NCBI GenBank assembly: GCA_951406725.2
Contig: OX597815.1
Span: 137,702,001-137,766,000, forward strand
Length of the DNA: 64,000 bases
Direction of reading: 5' to 3'
DNA from: Octopus vulgaris
Taxonomy: Eukaryota
This document shows, one piece after another, positions 52,743 through 64,000 of the stretch. Position numbers and translations under genes: made by a program. Position 1 is the stretch's first letter. Each line of letters begins with the position of its first letter. The notes beneath the pieces were generated by a model that saw only the letters and a list, made by a program, of their open reading frames with translations, was not told the origin of the DNA and did not search any database.

Positions 52743-53146
52743 AATTTCAATAACAATCTGTTCCTCTACAGAATAAGATTGTCACTTTGCTTCTCACTCT
52801 GATTCCCTGAAATTTCGCACGATTGTACCCAAAAATTCTTCACATAACTTGATTAATAATTCACTATGAACTATATGGACATGCACATATTCTGTAAGTT
52901 CAAGACCTTTCATCAGATCTCCAGGAATCGAACTTATCTGTGATTCTTGTAAATTTCAATAACAATTTGTTCCTCTACACGATATGACAGTCACTTTGCT
53001 TCTTACTCGGATTCTCAGAAATTTCGCATGACTGTATCCAAAATTTCTTCACATAACTTGATTAACAATTCACTATGAGCTATATATGGACATGCACAAA
53101 TTCTGTAAGTTCAAGACCTTTCATCGGATCTCCAGGAATCGAACTT
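52743..53146. repeat. ~210-bp tandem duplication
   Basis: AAATTTCAATAACAAT...CTCCAGGAATCGAACTT occurs twice (52743-52936, 52951-53146). Confidence 0.88.
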
Positions 53147-53382
53147 TCTTCAATGCAGTTAAACTTACACCCTCATTTGTATCTACCCCTTTTGATGTTT
53201 GGGAATCTCTTATGTTTTTTCGGCTGACGAGTACGAGCCATCTATATTTACTGCATTTTTGTAGCTTATTAAAGATGTCCTCGTACGAAACAATTGTACC
53301 GATATTTTAATCCATTCTTGTTGCTTTTTTCCTATATATATATACATATATATTTATGTATATATATATATATATATTTATA

Positions 53383-53414
<32 letters not shown>

Positions 53415-53742
53415 CATATGTATATGTGTATGTATATATATATACTTATATATGTATATGCTAGCATGGAAAACGGACGCTAAACGATGATGATGATGTA
53501 TATATATATATACATATATATGTATATGTGTATGTATATATATATATATATACATATATATGTGTATGTATATATATATACATACACATGTGTGTGTGTG
53601 TGTGTAAATAATTTGGAAAAACAAATTTCCAAATCAATCAGGTGTAACCCTACAGCGATATATGCATCTACATATCATACTCTGGTGTCTTATTTATCGT
53701 ATATTTATATATTTATATATATACAAATTATCTGATAAAAGT

Positions 53743-53994
53743 CAATATTCAATTTTGGGGATTAATTGATATGCAGGTATTCTATTTCAGATAATACAAA
53801 AATAACCTAATGAGTATATCTGACAGTCAACTCATGGTATCAGTTTGCCCATCACAAAATAATCATTTAAGTGATATTTCATGATGTGCAAACTGATATC
53901 ATGAGTTTACTGTTAGATGTATTCATTAGGGTATTTTTCTATTATCTGAAATAGAATACCTGCATATCGATTAAACCCCAAAAATTGAATATTG
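53743..53994. repeat. ~250-bp imperfect palindrome (MITE-like)
   Basis: CAATATTCAATTTTGGGG..TATGCAGGTATTCTATTTCAGATAAT is mirrored at 53941-53994; symmetry continues to the centre at ~53870. Confidence 0.85.
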
Positions 53995-53999
53995 TATAG

Positions 54000-54381
54000 T
54001 GTCTTCTATTATAGCCTCGAGCTGACCAAAGCCTTGTAAGTGGATTTGGTAGATAGAAACTGAAAGAAGTCTGTTGTATATATGTATATGTATGTATGTA
54101 TGTATGCATGTATGTATGTTTGTATGTATTATGTATGTATATATGTGTGTATGTATGTATATATGTGTGTGTATATGTTTGTGTGTCTGTGTTTGTCCCC
54201 CAACATCGTTTGACAACCGATGCTGGTGTGTTTACATCCCTGTAACTTAGTGGTTCGGGAAAAGAGACCAATAGAATAAGTACTAGGCTTACAAAGAATA
54301 AGTCCTGGGGTCGATTTGCTCGTCTAAAGGTGGTGCTCCAGCATGGCCACAGTCAAATGACTGAATCAAGTAAAAGAGTAA
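54000..54381 (+). mobile_element. SINE (5'-truncated) with central microsatellite
   Basis: Reverse complement of 57650-57965. Confidence 0.8.
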
Positions 54382-54411
<30 letters not shown>

Positions 54412-54413
<2 letters not shown>

Positions 54414-55300
54414 CATCGTCATCATCGTCAAACATCCATTTTCCATGCTATCATGGGTTGGACGGTTCGACTGGGTCTGGGAAGCCAGGAGGCTGCACCA
54501 GGCTCCAGTCTGATCTGGCAGTGTTTCTACAGCTGGATGCCATTCCTAACACCAACCACTCTGTGAGTGTAGCGGGTGCCTTTTACGTGCCACCGGCACA
54601 GGTGCTGGGGGAGGCTGGCAATGGCCACGATTGGTTGGTGCTTTTTATGTGCCACCAGCATGGAAGCCAGTCAAGGTGGTGCTGGCATCGGCCACATTCG
54701 GATGGTGCTTTTTACATGCCACCAGCACAGTTATCCAACTACAATTTCACATTTGATTTTTATTTGATGTTGATGTACTTGACTCAATAGGTCTCCTCAA
54801 GCACAGCAGGTCGCCCTACGATCCAAGGTGAGCACAGCAGGCCGTTCTGTGATCCAGAGTACTTTGGATAGGCTGGGGCTGCTATGTGAAGCTGGTGCAG
54901 GACACGTTATTTGTCAGGTCTTCGCCATCACAGCATATCTCCAGAGGTCCTGGTCTTTTGTCATTGCCTCTGTGAAGCCTAATGTTCGAAAATCATGCTT
55001 GACCACTTCATTCCATGCCTTCCTGGGTCTACCTCTACCTCGGATTCCTTTAACTGTTTGGGAGTGGCACTTCCTCACACATCTCTTCTCATCCATCCGT
55101 AGTACATGACCATACCAGCGCAAACGTCTCTCTTGCATGCCACATCCGATGCTTCTTATGTCCATCATTTCTCTCAGGGCGCTTACACTCTGTCATGTGT
55201 ACACACTGATATTACACATCCAGCGGATCATGCTAGCTTCATTTCTTTCAAGCCTATGCATGTCCTCTGCAGTCACAGCCCATGTTTCATTACTGTGAAG
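54412..55300 (-). mobile_element. RTE LINE 3' end (ORF end, 3' UTR, tail)
   Basis: MQERRLRWYGHVLRMDE..RGRGRPRKAW; 3' UTR follows. Confidence 0.88.
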
Positions 55301-55479
55301 CATGGAAAATTGGATGTTAAGGATGACAGTGAGGATAAGAATGATGATGGTGATGACATTACTTATAGGCAATTAAACAACAACTGTTATCATTACATAT
55401 TCACTACAATCAGCACTGACAGAGAAACAAAAGGACCTTTGACACAAATAACAAAAAGAGCCATTGATATGAATGACAA

Positions 55480-55810
55480 AAGGAACCACTGATATAAATG
55501 ACAAAAACTTTGTCATAGTTAGTGTTTTTGATAAACGTATTGAGTAACACTTCAATAGTATCTCCAGTATACATGAAGGCCATAGATATTGTTTGGAGAA
55601 TGAAAACCGGTCAAAGATCTTGGAATTCTGTGACAAAGATGACCTAACAACTTTGCAATTAATTTGCAAATAACTTCAGGAAAGCTTCCAGCCACCTAAT
55701 CGCTAACCAGCCAGGTAAACATGCAAGTCAAATAGATTTAGTGTTTAGCAGGAAAAGGATGGGCAACAAGTGAATGCAAACTCCTTCACAAGTGAGGAAT
55801 GTATAATCCC
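55480..55810 (+). mobile_element. Degenerate RTE endonuclease fragment
   Basis: ENENRSKILEFCDKDDL, NFRKASSHLI, SQIDLVF. Confidence 0.55.
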
Positions 55811-56227
55811 CAAATTACTTCATGTACTTTACAATTTCCAAAGTGCCAAATCTTGTAACCTAAGGTAGCTGTAACACCAGGGGTGCCTGTACATATCCTG
55901 CAATTAAAATTGGTAGGTGGAAATTGTATAGAAGCCCATCATATGTGTGCACATGTATAATGCTAGTACTGGATAACAGGTTCCCTTAAGGCTATACACA
56001 GGTTTTTAATAGCATTACTGAACATCAGTTTCTGTTGACAAATCAATGTGTGAAATGACACTATCCTTGTGTCATAGATTTAAAAGTTTCTTGAGTAAGT
56101 GTTTGTTGTCTTCATTATTTCACTATCTCTGCTGTCAGTCCTTGTTTAAGAATAAAACAAATTGTACACCAACATAAGAACTTTTGGACATTATTTTTAC
56201 ATCCATTTGAATAACGACTCATAAATA

Positions 56228-57477
56228 TAGGGTGTGTCAGTATTTTGAGATCATTTGTAGGAATGAAGAAAAAGAAGTATAGCACATCAGAGAAAAACTT
56301 TAACTATATGGAAATTTGTACAAATAATTTTGAGAGTCCTTACAACACTTCTATTCAACAAATCCATCATTAGTATTAATAATGGTTTCAATTTAGGGTC
56401 TGAAGCATTGACATGCATGAATTAGATGGTCTTTATCATTTTTGGACATAGTCTTTGTTACAACAAACTCGAGAGATTGAATGGTGTTATGAGTGTTGAT
56501 TGGCCTTTCTTTCAATGACGCCCCATATGTAATAGTCCAGTGGATTGAGGTCGGGTGAGCTAGGAGATCATGTGTCTGGGGTAACATGATCATGGAAATT
56601 GGCGTGCACCCAAACTTGAGTTGTTTTAGCCTTATGAGATGGTGCAGAATCTTGGAAGATGTAAGATCTATTACTTACACTGTCTCTCCGGGGCCTCACA
56701 ACCTTCTCCAATACATCTGTGTAGGTAGTAGCATTGAGTCTTAAGCCCTGTGAAAAAAAGTGGGGAGGCATGACCCTCACTGCTAACAACTCCCAGAACC
56801 ATCACAGTTGCTCGAAACTTGGTATGCATTACAACTGGAACCTCACTTGGATTTCTGCATAACCATCTGTCATTCTTTGGGCTTACTTTGCATAACCATT
56901 TATCATTCCTTGGGTTTACCTTTTGGTTTTGATCAAAGTTCTTCTCACAATAGAAAAACCAAACTGTTCCAGTTTCCTGATGTTTCAATTTGTAGTGCAA
57001 GCACTTTCCATGGATCAAACAATTATCTTTCATTGTACTTTATATGAACTAACCTCTTTGCATCACACACAACTTGTAACAGATATCTTCATGCACAACT
57101 CTTCTGATGATTCATTCTGAAACCTTGAAATCCTTTGCAAGGTCTCTGATTGACTTTCCAGGGTTGTGTTGAGTTTTTCCTGCACTTTCTGTATAAATTC
57201 TTGTGTTTTGCATTTAGCTGCTAATGTTGGATCCCCATCAGCAGCTTCCAGGTCTTCTCTAACTTTGTCAATGAAGGATCAGCCAACTTTCACAAAGCAA
57301 GCAATTTCCATATCTTTATGCTGAGCTTGTATGGCAGTGATTACAGCATGCCTTTTCATTTGCTTTGTTACTTTCATGTTATTCATCATTAATCAGAAAA
57401 AGAAATTAAAAAGAGAATTAGTTATAAGAAAGTTAGAGCTATTTAAAGTGATGTCCTCCAAATACTGACACACCCTG
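56228..57477 (-). mobile_element. Full-length degenerate Tc1/mariner transposon, DD37D (maT) type
   Basis: TIRs AGGGTGTGTCAGTATTT / AAATACTGACACACCCT; QDSAPSH...SPDLNPLD with 37 residues between the two Asp; stops and frameshifts. Confidence 0.9.
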
Positions 57478-57639
57478 TGTAATAACAAACTTTTGACTGT
57501 ATTGTGTAGTAGATCCATATGCCAGTTCACAAAATGTATCAGCTTAACATGTTAAGTGTAACTATGTTATTTTTTGTTGGTTGTATTATATACAGTTTTC
57601 TTGCTCTAAAATGACTAACTTTGTTTCTTGGCTACATAC

Positions 57640-58050
57640 TCTCTCTCTTTTACTCTTTTACTTGTTTCAGTCATTTGACTGCGGCCATGCTGGAGCACCA
57701 CCTTCTAGTCGAGTAAATCGACCCCAGGACTTATTCTTTGTAAGCCTAGTACTTATTCTATCAGTCTCTTTTGCTGAACCGCTAAGTTACGGGGTGTAAG
57801 CACACCACTATCGGTTGTCAAGCAATGGTGGAGGAGACAAACACACACACAAACATATACACACATACACATATATATACATATATACGATGGGCTTCTT
57901 CCAGTTTCCGTCTACCAAATCCACTCACAAGGTTTTAGTCGGCCCAAGGCTATAGTAGAAGACACTTGCCCAAGGTTCCACGCAGTGGGAATGAGCCCGG
58001 AACCATGTGGTTGGTAAGCAAGCTACTTACCACACAGCCACTCCTGCGCC
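57640..58050 (-). mobile_element. Full-length tRNA-derived SINE
   Basis: Head GGCGCAGGAGTGGCTGTGTGG...CCGGGCTCATTCCC, central TA/TG microsatellite, tail (AGTAAAAG)n; many partial copies in the window. Confidence 0.85.
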
Positions 58051-58063
58051 TATAAAATAATTG

Positions 58064-58101
58064 TGCCCTGGGTGAGGAACGAACTCACGACCTGCAGATT
58101 A
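58064..58101 (-). pseudogene. 3' half of a tRNA-Met(e)-like sequence
   Basis: TAATCTGCAGGTCGTGAGTTCGTTCCTCACCCAGGGCA: T-arm GTGAG/CTCAC with TTCG loop, resembling metazoan elongator tRNA-Met; 5' half absent. Confidence 0.65.
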
Positions 58102-58464
58102 CATGTATATACATATTTTGTACTTTCCTCTAAAATAATTCTTTCTTGTTTCCTCTGCTCCCTAAAATGATTTTCTTATGTCTGTGATTGAGCCCACCCT
58201 TTCCTACCCCCGCCTCCAAAACTGGAAATCTCATTTCCCTTACCAGACATCCAGTTGCCCTTCCCTTCTTTCCTCTTATATTGGCAATCTCGCAGCCCTT
58301 TCCTTTCTCCCCTCCCCCATCTCTAGACTATCTAAATCAGACAGCAGCCCACTTGCCTTCTTTCTTTCTCTCTGTCTCCTTTTTTTTTAATGCTCATAAC
58401 GCTTACATTTACAATGGTCTAAACACTTTCATATACAATGCTTCTTTACAATTCTAACATGTTA

Positions 58465-59820
58465 AAAGCAAGGACAACTAGCTTGCTGAGTGCCACAGAC
58501 CAAATCTGTGGCTGGTGCAAAGTCCTTTCCAGACCTAGAGTAACATGGTGGTGAAACAATACAGTTGGCAGAGCCATTAGAGCAAAGAAATAGGCCTGGA
58601 AAGCCTAGAAGAGTTGGGGTAGCAGGAGAATGTATCAGATAGCCAAAAGCAAAGCTAGGAGACAGGTATATATAGTCAAGGGAGTAGCAGAAAAGAAGTT
58701 TGCCAATGTTCAGTGACATGAAGACCAAAGAACTGAAGTATTTTGGATTGCAAGACAGTGTGTGAGAGAAAACCGTGATGTCATAGGAGAGAAATGTATT
58801 CCACATGGATGATGCTGCCTTTGTGTTTAATGATTCTGCAAAGAAAGAGGCTTGGAGATGCCATTATGAAAGACTGATGAATGTGGAGAATGAACAGGAG
58901 GTAGAGAATCTGCCAAAGGTTGACCCAGTTGAGAGACAGGGAAAGCACCTCGCTGAGATGCTTAAAATATCGGGTGGTATTGGTTATGGTCTTGTCACCT
59001 GCATCGTAAATCAGGTAGTTCAGGAAGGAATCATACCCAATGACTGGTGTTGCAGCACCATGGTCAACTGCTACAAAGGTAAAAGTAAAAATCATAGACC
59101 AACTAATTAGGGAGAGAGTTAGCCTAGATGAGATGCAGTTTGGTTTTGTGTCAGGTAGAAGCACCACTGATGCTATATTTCTGGTGAGGCAACTGTAGCA
59201 GAAATATCTAGCCAAAGATAAATCTTTGTACTTGGCTTTTGTTGACTTGGAGAAAACCTTTGACAGGGTCCTCTGATCCCTTATCTGGTGGTCAATGCAG
59301 AAACTGGGGATAGACAAGTGGTTGGTAAGAGCTGTACAAGCCCTGTACAGGGATGCCGCCAGTAAGGTGAGGGTTGGCAATGAGTATAGTGAAGAATTCT
59401 GGGTAGAAGTAAAGGTTCACCAAGGATCAGTCCTCAGCCCCTTCTTATTCATTATAGTCCTCCAGGCTGTAACAGAGCAATTCAAGACAGGCTGCCACTG
59501 AGAGCTCCTCTATGCTGATGACCTTGCTCTAATAGCTGAGTTACTGCCAGAACTAGAGACAAAGTTGGGGGTGTGGAAGCAAAATCTAGAATCAAAGGGC
59601 CTTAGGGTTAACCTAGCAAAAACCAAAGTCTTTCTAAGTAGGAAGGCTGTCATATCACAAACTCCTTCATGTAGATGGCCCTGCTCAATCTATAGAAAAG
59701 GCATGGGTAGAAACTCCATACAATGTACTCGGTGTAAGCTATGGACACAAAAGATGGAGCAATATCAAAGGAAGGTTAACTGGGAAGATAGGTTTTGTGT
59801 GTGACAGATGCACAGGTGTA
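58465..59820 (+). mobile_element. Degenerate RTE LINE
   Basis: Homologous to 2990-4430; DEMQFGF, VHQGSVLSPFLF, ELLYADDL. Confidence 0.88.
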
Positions 59821-59821
59821 A

Positions 59822-60307
59822 TCATCCTCATCATCACCATCGTTTAACGTCCGCTTTCCATGCTAGCATAGGTTGGACGATTTGACTGAGGACTGGTGAA
59901 CCAGATGGCTGCACCAGGCTCCAATCTGATCTAGCAGAGTTTCTACAGCCCTTCCTAACGCCAACCACTCCAAGAGTGTAGTGGGTGCTTTTACGTGCCA
60001 CCGACACGAAGGCCAGTCAGGCGGTACTGGCAACGGCCATGCTCAAATGGTGTTTTTTACGTGCCACCTGCACAGGGGCCAGTCTAGCGGCACTAGCAAC
60101 AACCTCGCTCGAATATTTTTTTCATGTGCCAGTAAGTCGCCGCTGGTAATAATCACGCCTGAATGGTGCTTTTTACATGCCACTGGCACGGAAAGTAGTT
60201 GGCTGCTCTGGCAACGATCACGCTTGGATGGTGCTCTTAGCACGGATGCCAGCCATCGAATTTTATTTTGATTTCAATTTCACTTGCCTCAACAGGTCTT
60301 CGCAAGC
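59822..60307 (-). mobile_element. RTE 3' UTR copy
   Basis: Matches 50698-51135. Confidence 0.8.
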
Positions 60308-60384
60308 AATATATGTGTGTTTGTATACTTACTACGTATACATACATACATATATGTATACATGACTGTTCCTCTCCAGCAGTA

Positions 60385-60700
60385 TCTGAGAAGCTGAACT
60401 GCATCTCATTCTGGCTACTTTGCATCCTAATCAATTGAACTATGGCTCTTTCTGTAACTTTCATATTGTGGCCCAACAATTTAATTCTTCTGTAATTTCC
60501 TCTCTCTAGTGCATCTCCATTGTTTTTGTATCAATTGACAATGATACTGCTACATCAGTTAATGAGAATGATACCTTCTTGTAATTTTTGATTAACTATG
60601 CAGTTGAGAAGCCCATGCCCTTTAAGCTATATATTTTAAACATTTCAATAGTTTTTCCTGAGAGACCAGTTACCTTTCTTGCCTTGTTTAAAAAAGATTT
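60385..60700 (-). mobile_element. Old RTE RT fragment
   Basis: GDALERGNYRRIKLLGHNMKVTERAI..NEMQFSF. Confidence 0.65.
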
Positions 60701-61179
60701 GCCTTACTATTTCTATTGCATAGTGTCAGTGGCACGGAAAGGTGCCCAGTACATAGTGCAATGTGATCAGCATTAGGAAGGAATCCTACCATAGAAACCA
60801 CGCTCAAACTCAGTTACCTGAGCACTGAATAGAAAGGTACGTTATATGCTTAATTATTCACGTATAAATTGTGTTACATACATATTTTATTATTTATTAA
60901 ATGATAAAGAGGAACGTGCACTTTGTTCAATTAATCCCTTTAAATACATTTTACGCAACTAATAATAAAATTGATCGTTTACTGTCGGTGCATTTTCTCA
61001 TACGTATCCGCTACTTTCGTATTTAAGGTTGTGTTGCATAGACTGGCGTGAGAGTGCTCTCCCCTCGTTGCCAATGAGAATCTCGTGTGACACTGCGAGT
61101 GTTTGTTGTCAACCTAAAAATTGTTTTTCATTTTTTCTCAAAAATATTTTTCTCTATACATTCGAATTTATAAAACGAC

Positions 61180-61206
61180 ATGGACGATTTACAAGGTTCT
61201 GAAGAA
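61180..61206 (+). CDS. Candidate first coding exon of a host gene (MDDLQGSEE)
   Basis: AAACGACATGG start context; 9 codons; consensus donor GTAAGT at 61207; non-repetitive upstream sequence with more CpG than the flanks and CCAAT at ~61071. Confidence 0.45.
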
Positions 61207-62007
61207 GTAAGTCATTTCTATCCCAGTCACTATTCTATTTGGTCACTAGCTGTTTAGCTGTAAGGTTAGCTATAATGAGGAAATCGATGATTATAAGCGT
61301 TCCAGCTGTGACCATCCTATCTTCAAATCTGGGTCTACAGTACCTCATATAGCCTCCCTTTTAAATGGATAGGATGTAAATTGAGCAAGATTTGACTTCT
61401 ATTTCTAGTCCCCCTGTTTAGTCTCTTGTAATTTATTTAACCACTAAAATCACTTAGACATTTATTTGTGCACTTTGACATTTTTTTTTATTTTTCGATA
61501 TTTAAAATTTTCAATACCAGTAAATTTTTCTGCAACTTTCTAGATTCTACTGTATTACGAAACTTTTATGGAAACGAAAAGTGTTCTGTCATACAACATA
61601 TCATTATATCTCACTAAATCTAATATTTCATCATTTTATCGTATGAAATATGTATTATTTCAGTTCTAAATATCTTGACTGAAGCTAAACAGAATCATCT
61701 CAAGTCTTTTCCTTTGTCGGACACAGGATGACGTATATACACACTTTCACTCAAATACACACCCAGATGTACACACGCGCTCACACTTCAGTGACATTTC
61801 TAAAAAATAAAGCCACTTTAACTGTTTCCCACGCTCAAATTATATTATTATACAAACAGTTAACACAACCTTTTTTTTTTTCCGTTTTTTTTATACATAT
61901 CAGAAATGACATTTTTGTATGTTGCTAAGGTATCTCGTTAACTGCTATTTTCTAACCGGATTATCATTAGATTAGCTGCAAGGCAACAAATCTGAGACGA
62001 CCTATTT

Positions 62008-62041
<34 letters not shown>

Positions 62042-63502
62042 GTGTGACAAAAAGAAGTAAAAGAGATTTCTGGAAGACTCTTTTATCGTTGTTTGGAAAT
62101 GAATTATATTCAATGAGGTAGTCAGTCATACGTAGCTACATATAGTATTGCTGGTTTTAAATCTTAATCAACATTCTCTGTGTAATGATGCACAATTCTT
62201 TTATACGGACAAAATTTGTTGTAAAATACTATCACTTATATTTACAATATACCAGACTGTTATTTCTGATATGTGTAGAAAGAGAAAGGGAATGATTGCT
62301 CTTTGTATATTATAATTTGAACGTTGGAAAACATTTTATGCATTCATTTTTCAATTGATGTAGGAACTGTAAATTTACCATTTGATTGATTAATAGGAGT
62401 AGGTAAGTCGTAATAAAAAAAAATAAAGGGAGGAGGGTACAAAGGGAAGTCTTGCTACATTTACTTTTTTCTAACTAAATGTTCGCCTAGAGTGGTTTAG
62501 CACTCATCCAACAAACCTATAATTAAGGTATTCCACTCTTAAAAAAAAAAAGGTAACCACTCTCTTACATTCTAACAGAGTGCATCTAGAACTACATATC
62601 CAATGTGCCCTTTGTTAAGGTAATAGGATGTAAGTTCAGGCAGATTTGGTTGATATTTCTAGCAGGCCAAGCGACAATGAAGAAGTGGGGAGAAATGAGC
62701 TGTGTATGAATCATCCTGGTGGTCAAAAACATAATTTCCATCAAATATAATTCTTTCTTTGCCTTAGTGTTGGATAAGGTTAAAATCAACATAATTTTAT
62801 AAATTCTGGCTATTTGTCTGCTCCCTTTTCAGTCCTTAGTCTTGTGTCTACAAAACACTGGTTTATTCTGTGTGCAATATTGGTTCATGTGGGAAGCTGA
62901 TTGAAGAAGTAGACTGGTATTAAAAGTTTTGAAAATACACTAGTTTGAACAAATAAATTGCTGCTAATAATAACGTGCAAATAGTAATACTTGCTGTCAT
63001 GAAAAAATGGACATCAAAAGGGTGATGATTGCTTTCTTTTCTATTTTTGACATTGAATTCTGGTGTAAAAGCTGACCAAGAGAAAATCAGATCAAAAAGT
63101 CTTCAAGATCAGTATCGTTTACTTATGAATTTATTCCTTTTGTATTCATGAGACATGGAAGGATGAAAATCAATCTTAGTGAGATTTGAGGTTGTAGCCT
63201 AAGAAAGAGATAGGGAAGTACCTTAGGCCCTCTAATGTTCTTTGACTAGGTATGAATTTTACACATCCCATGTTTTTCCTCTTGTTAAAATGAAATAAAT
63301 AACATCAAAAGTAATAACTCACTTCTGGAAGAAAATATCAGGTAATCTAGAAAGTAAGACAGAAATTTACATAACCTGAATATCTTGGAGTTATGAAGGC
63401 AACCCCCTAATTTGTCTTTGAAGAATGTAATACAGATTATACTTAGAGGCTTTACAAAGTCAATAATCTAATTGGCAGGCTGAATTACTTTATAGACACA
63501 TA

Positions 63503-64000
63503 TGAGGGGCGTTCAATAAGTAATGCCCCTGACCCACTTGCAGTTGTTTGATCTAGCTGAAATTTTGCATGTGCACTTATTTATACCTCTATAGATTAAG
63601 TGGCGAATTACAGCTCTGAACTAATTGTGGTTTCTGATTTACAGGTGTTTGAACTGAGTCAAGTGTGAAATGGAGCCTGTTGAGTGTCGAGCAGTGATCC
63701 GGTTTTTTTATTTGAAAGGACGCACACCACGGGAGACTTTTGATGAAATGAAAGTAACTTATGGTGATGATGCCCAATCATATGACCTTGTAAAACGCTG
63801 GCATTGTGAATTCAAACATAGTCGGAACTCTGTGGAAACAGCTCCCAGATCTGGTCGCCCCCTTCTGCCGTTGATGAGACGTCTGTCCGTCAAGTTGAGG
63901 CTGCCATTTTGGAAGGTCAACGCATAGCTATTCGCCAAATAGCCCATAAGGTCAAGATTAGTACCGGGTCTGTGGAAACTATCATTCATGACCATTTGCA
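63503..64000 (+). mobile_element. mariner transposon 5' part (runs off the window edge)
   Basis: Terminus TA|TGAGGGGCGTTCAATAAGT; ORF 63670 MEPVECRAVIRFFYLKG..YGDDA..VKRW...FK..PRSGRP (mariner HTH); frameshifted. Confidence 0.88.

Overview
Eukaryotic, AT-rich window made almost entirely of repeats. The SINE, RTE and microsatellite repertoire resembles a coleoid cephalopod, probably Octopus (inference from recalled repeat families, not from a search). It is a layered collection of mostly decayed mobile elements: CR1-type and RTE LINE fragments, a well-preserved restriction-like-endonuclease (Hero-like) non-LTR element, Penelope-like relics, a full-length degenerate Gypsy element with a nested solo LTR, Helitron derivatives, Tc1/mariner (including DD37D), hAT and Merlin-like MITEs, foldback elements and tRNA-derived SINEs. 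The only host-gene candidate is a 9-codon first exon at 61180. Main observations: (1) the Gypsy primer-binding site is not tRNA-like but is a 14-bp perfect complement of its own LTR (self-priming signature), and its RT motif reads YIDN; (2) a ~640-bp palindrome carries a hammerhead ribozyme motif in each arm; (3) a Penelope GIY-YIG nuclease is split by a ~140-codon in-frame Asn/Ser insert; (4) the Hero-like 3' UTR has nested stems and a possible pseudoknot. All calls were made by eye, and boundaries of degenerate elements are approximate.
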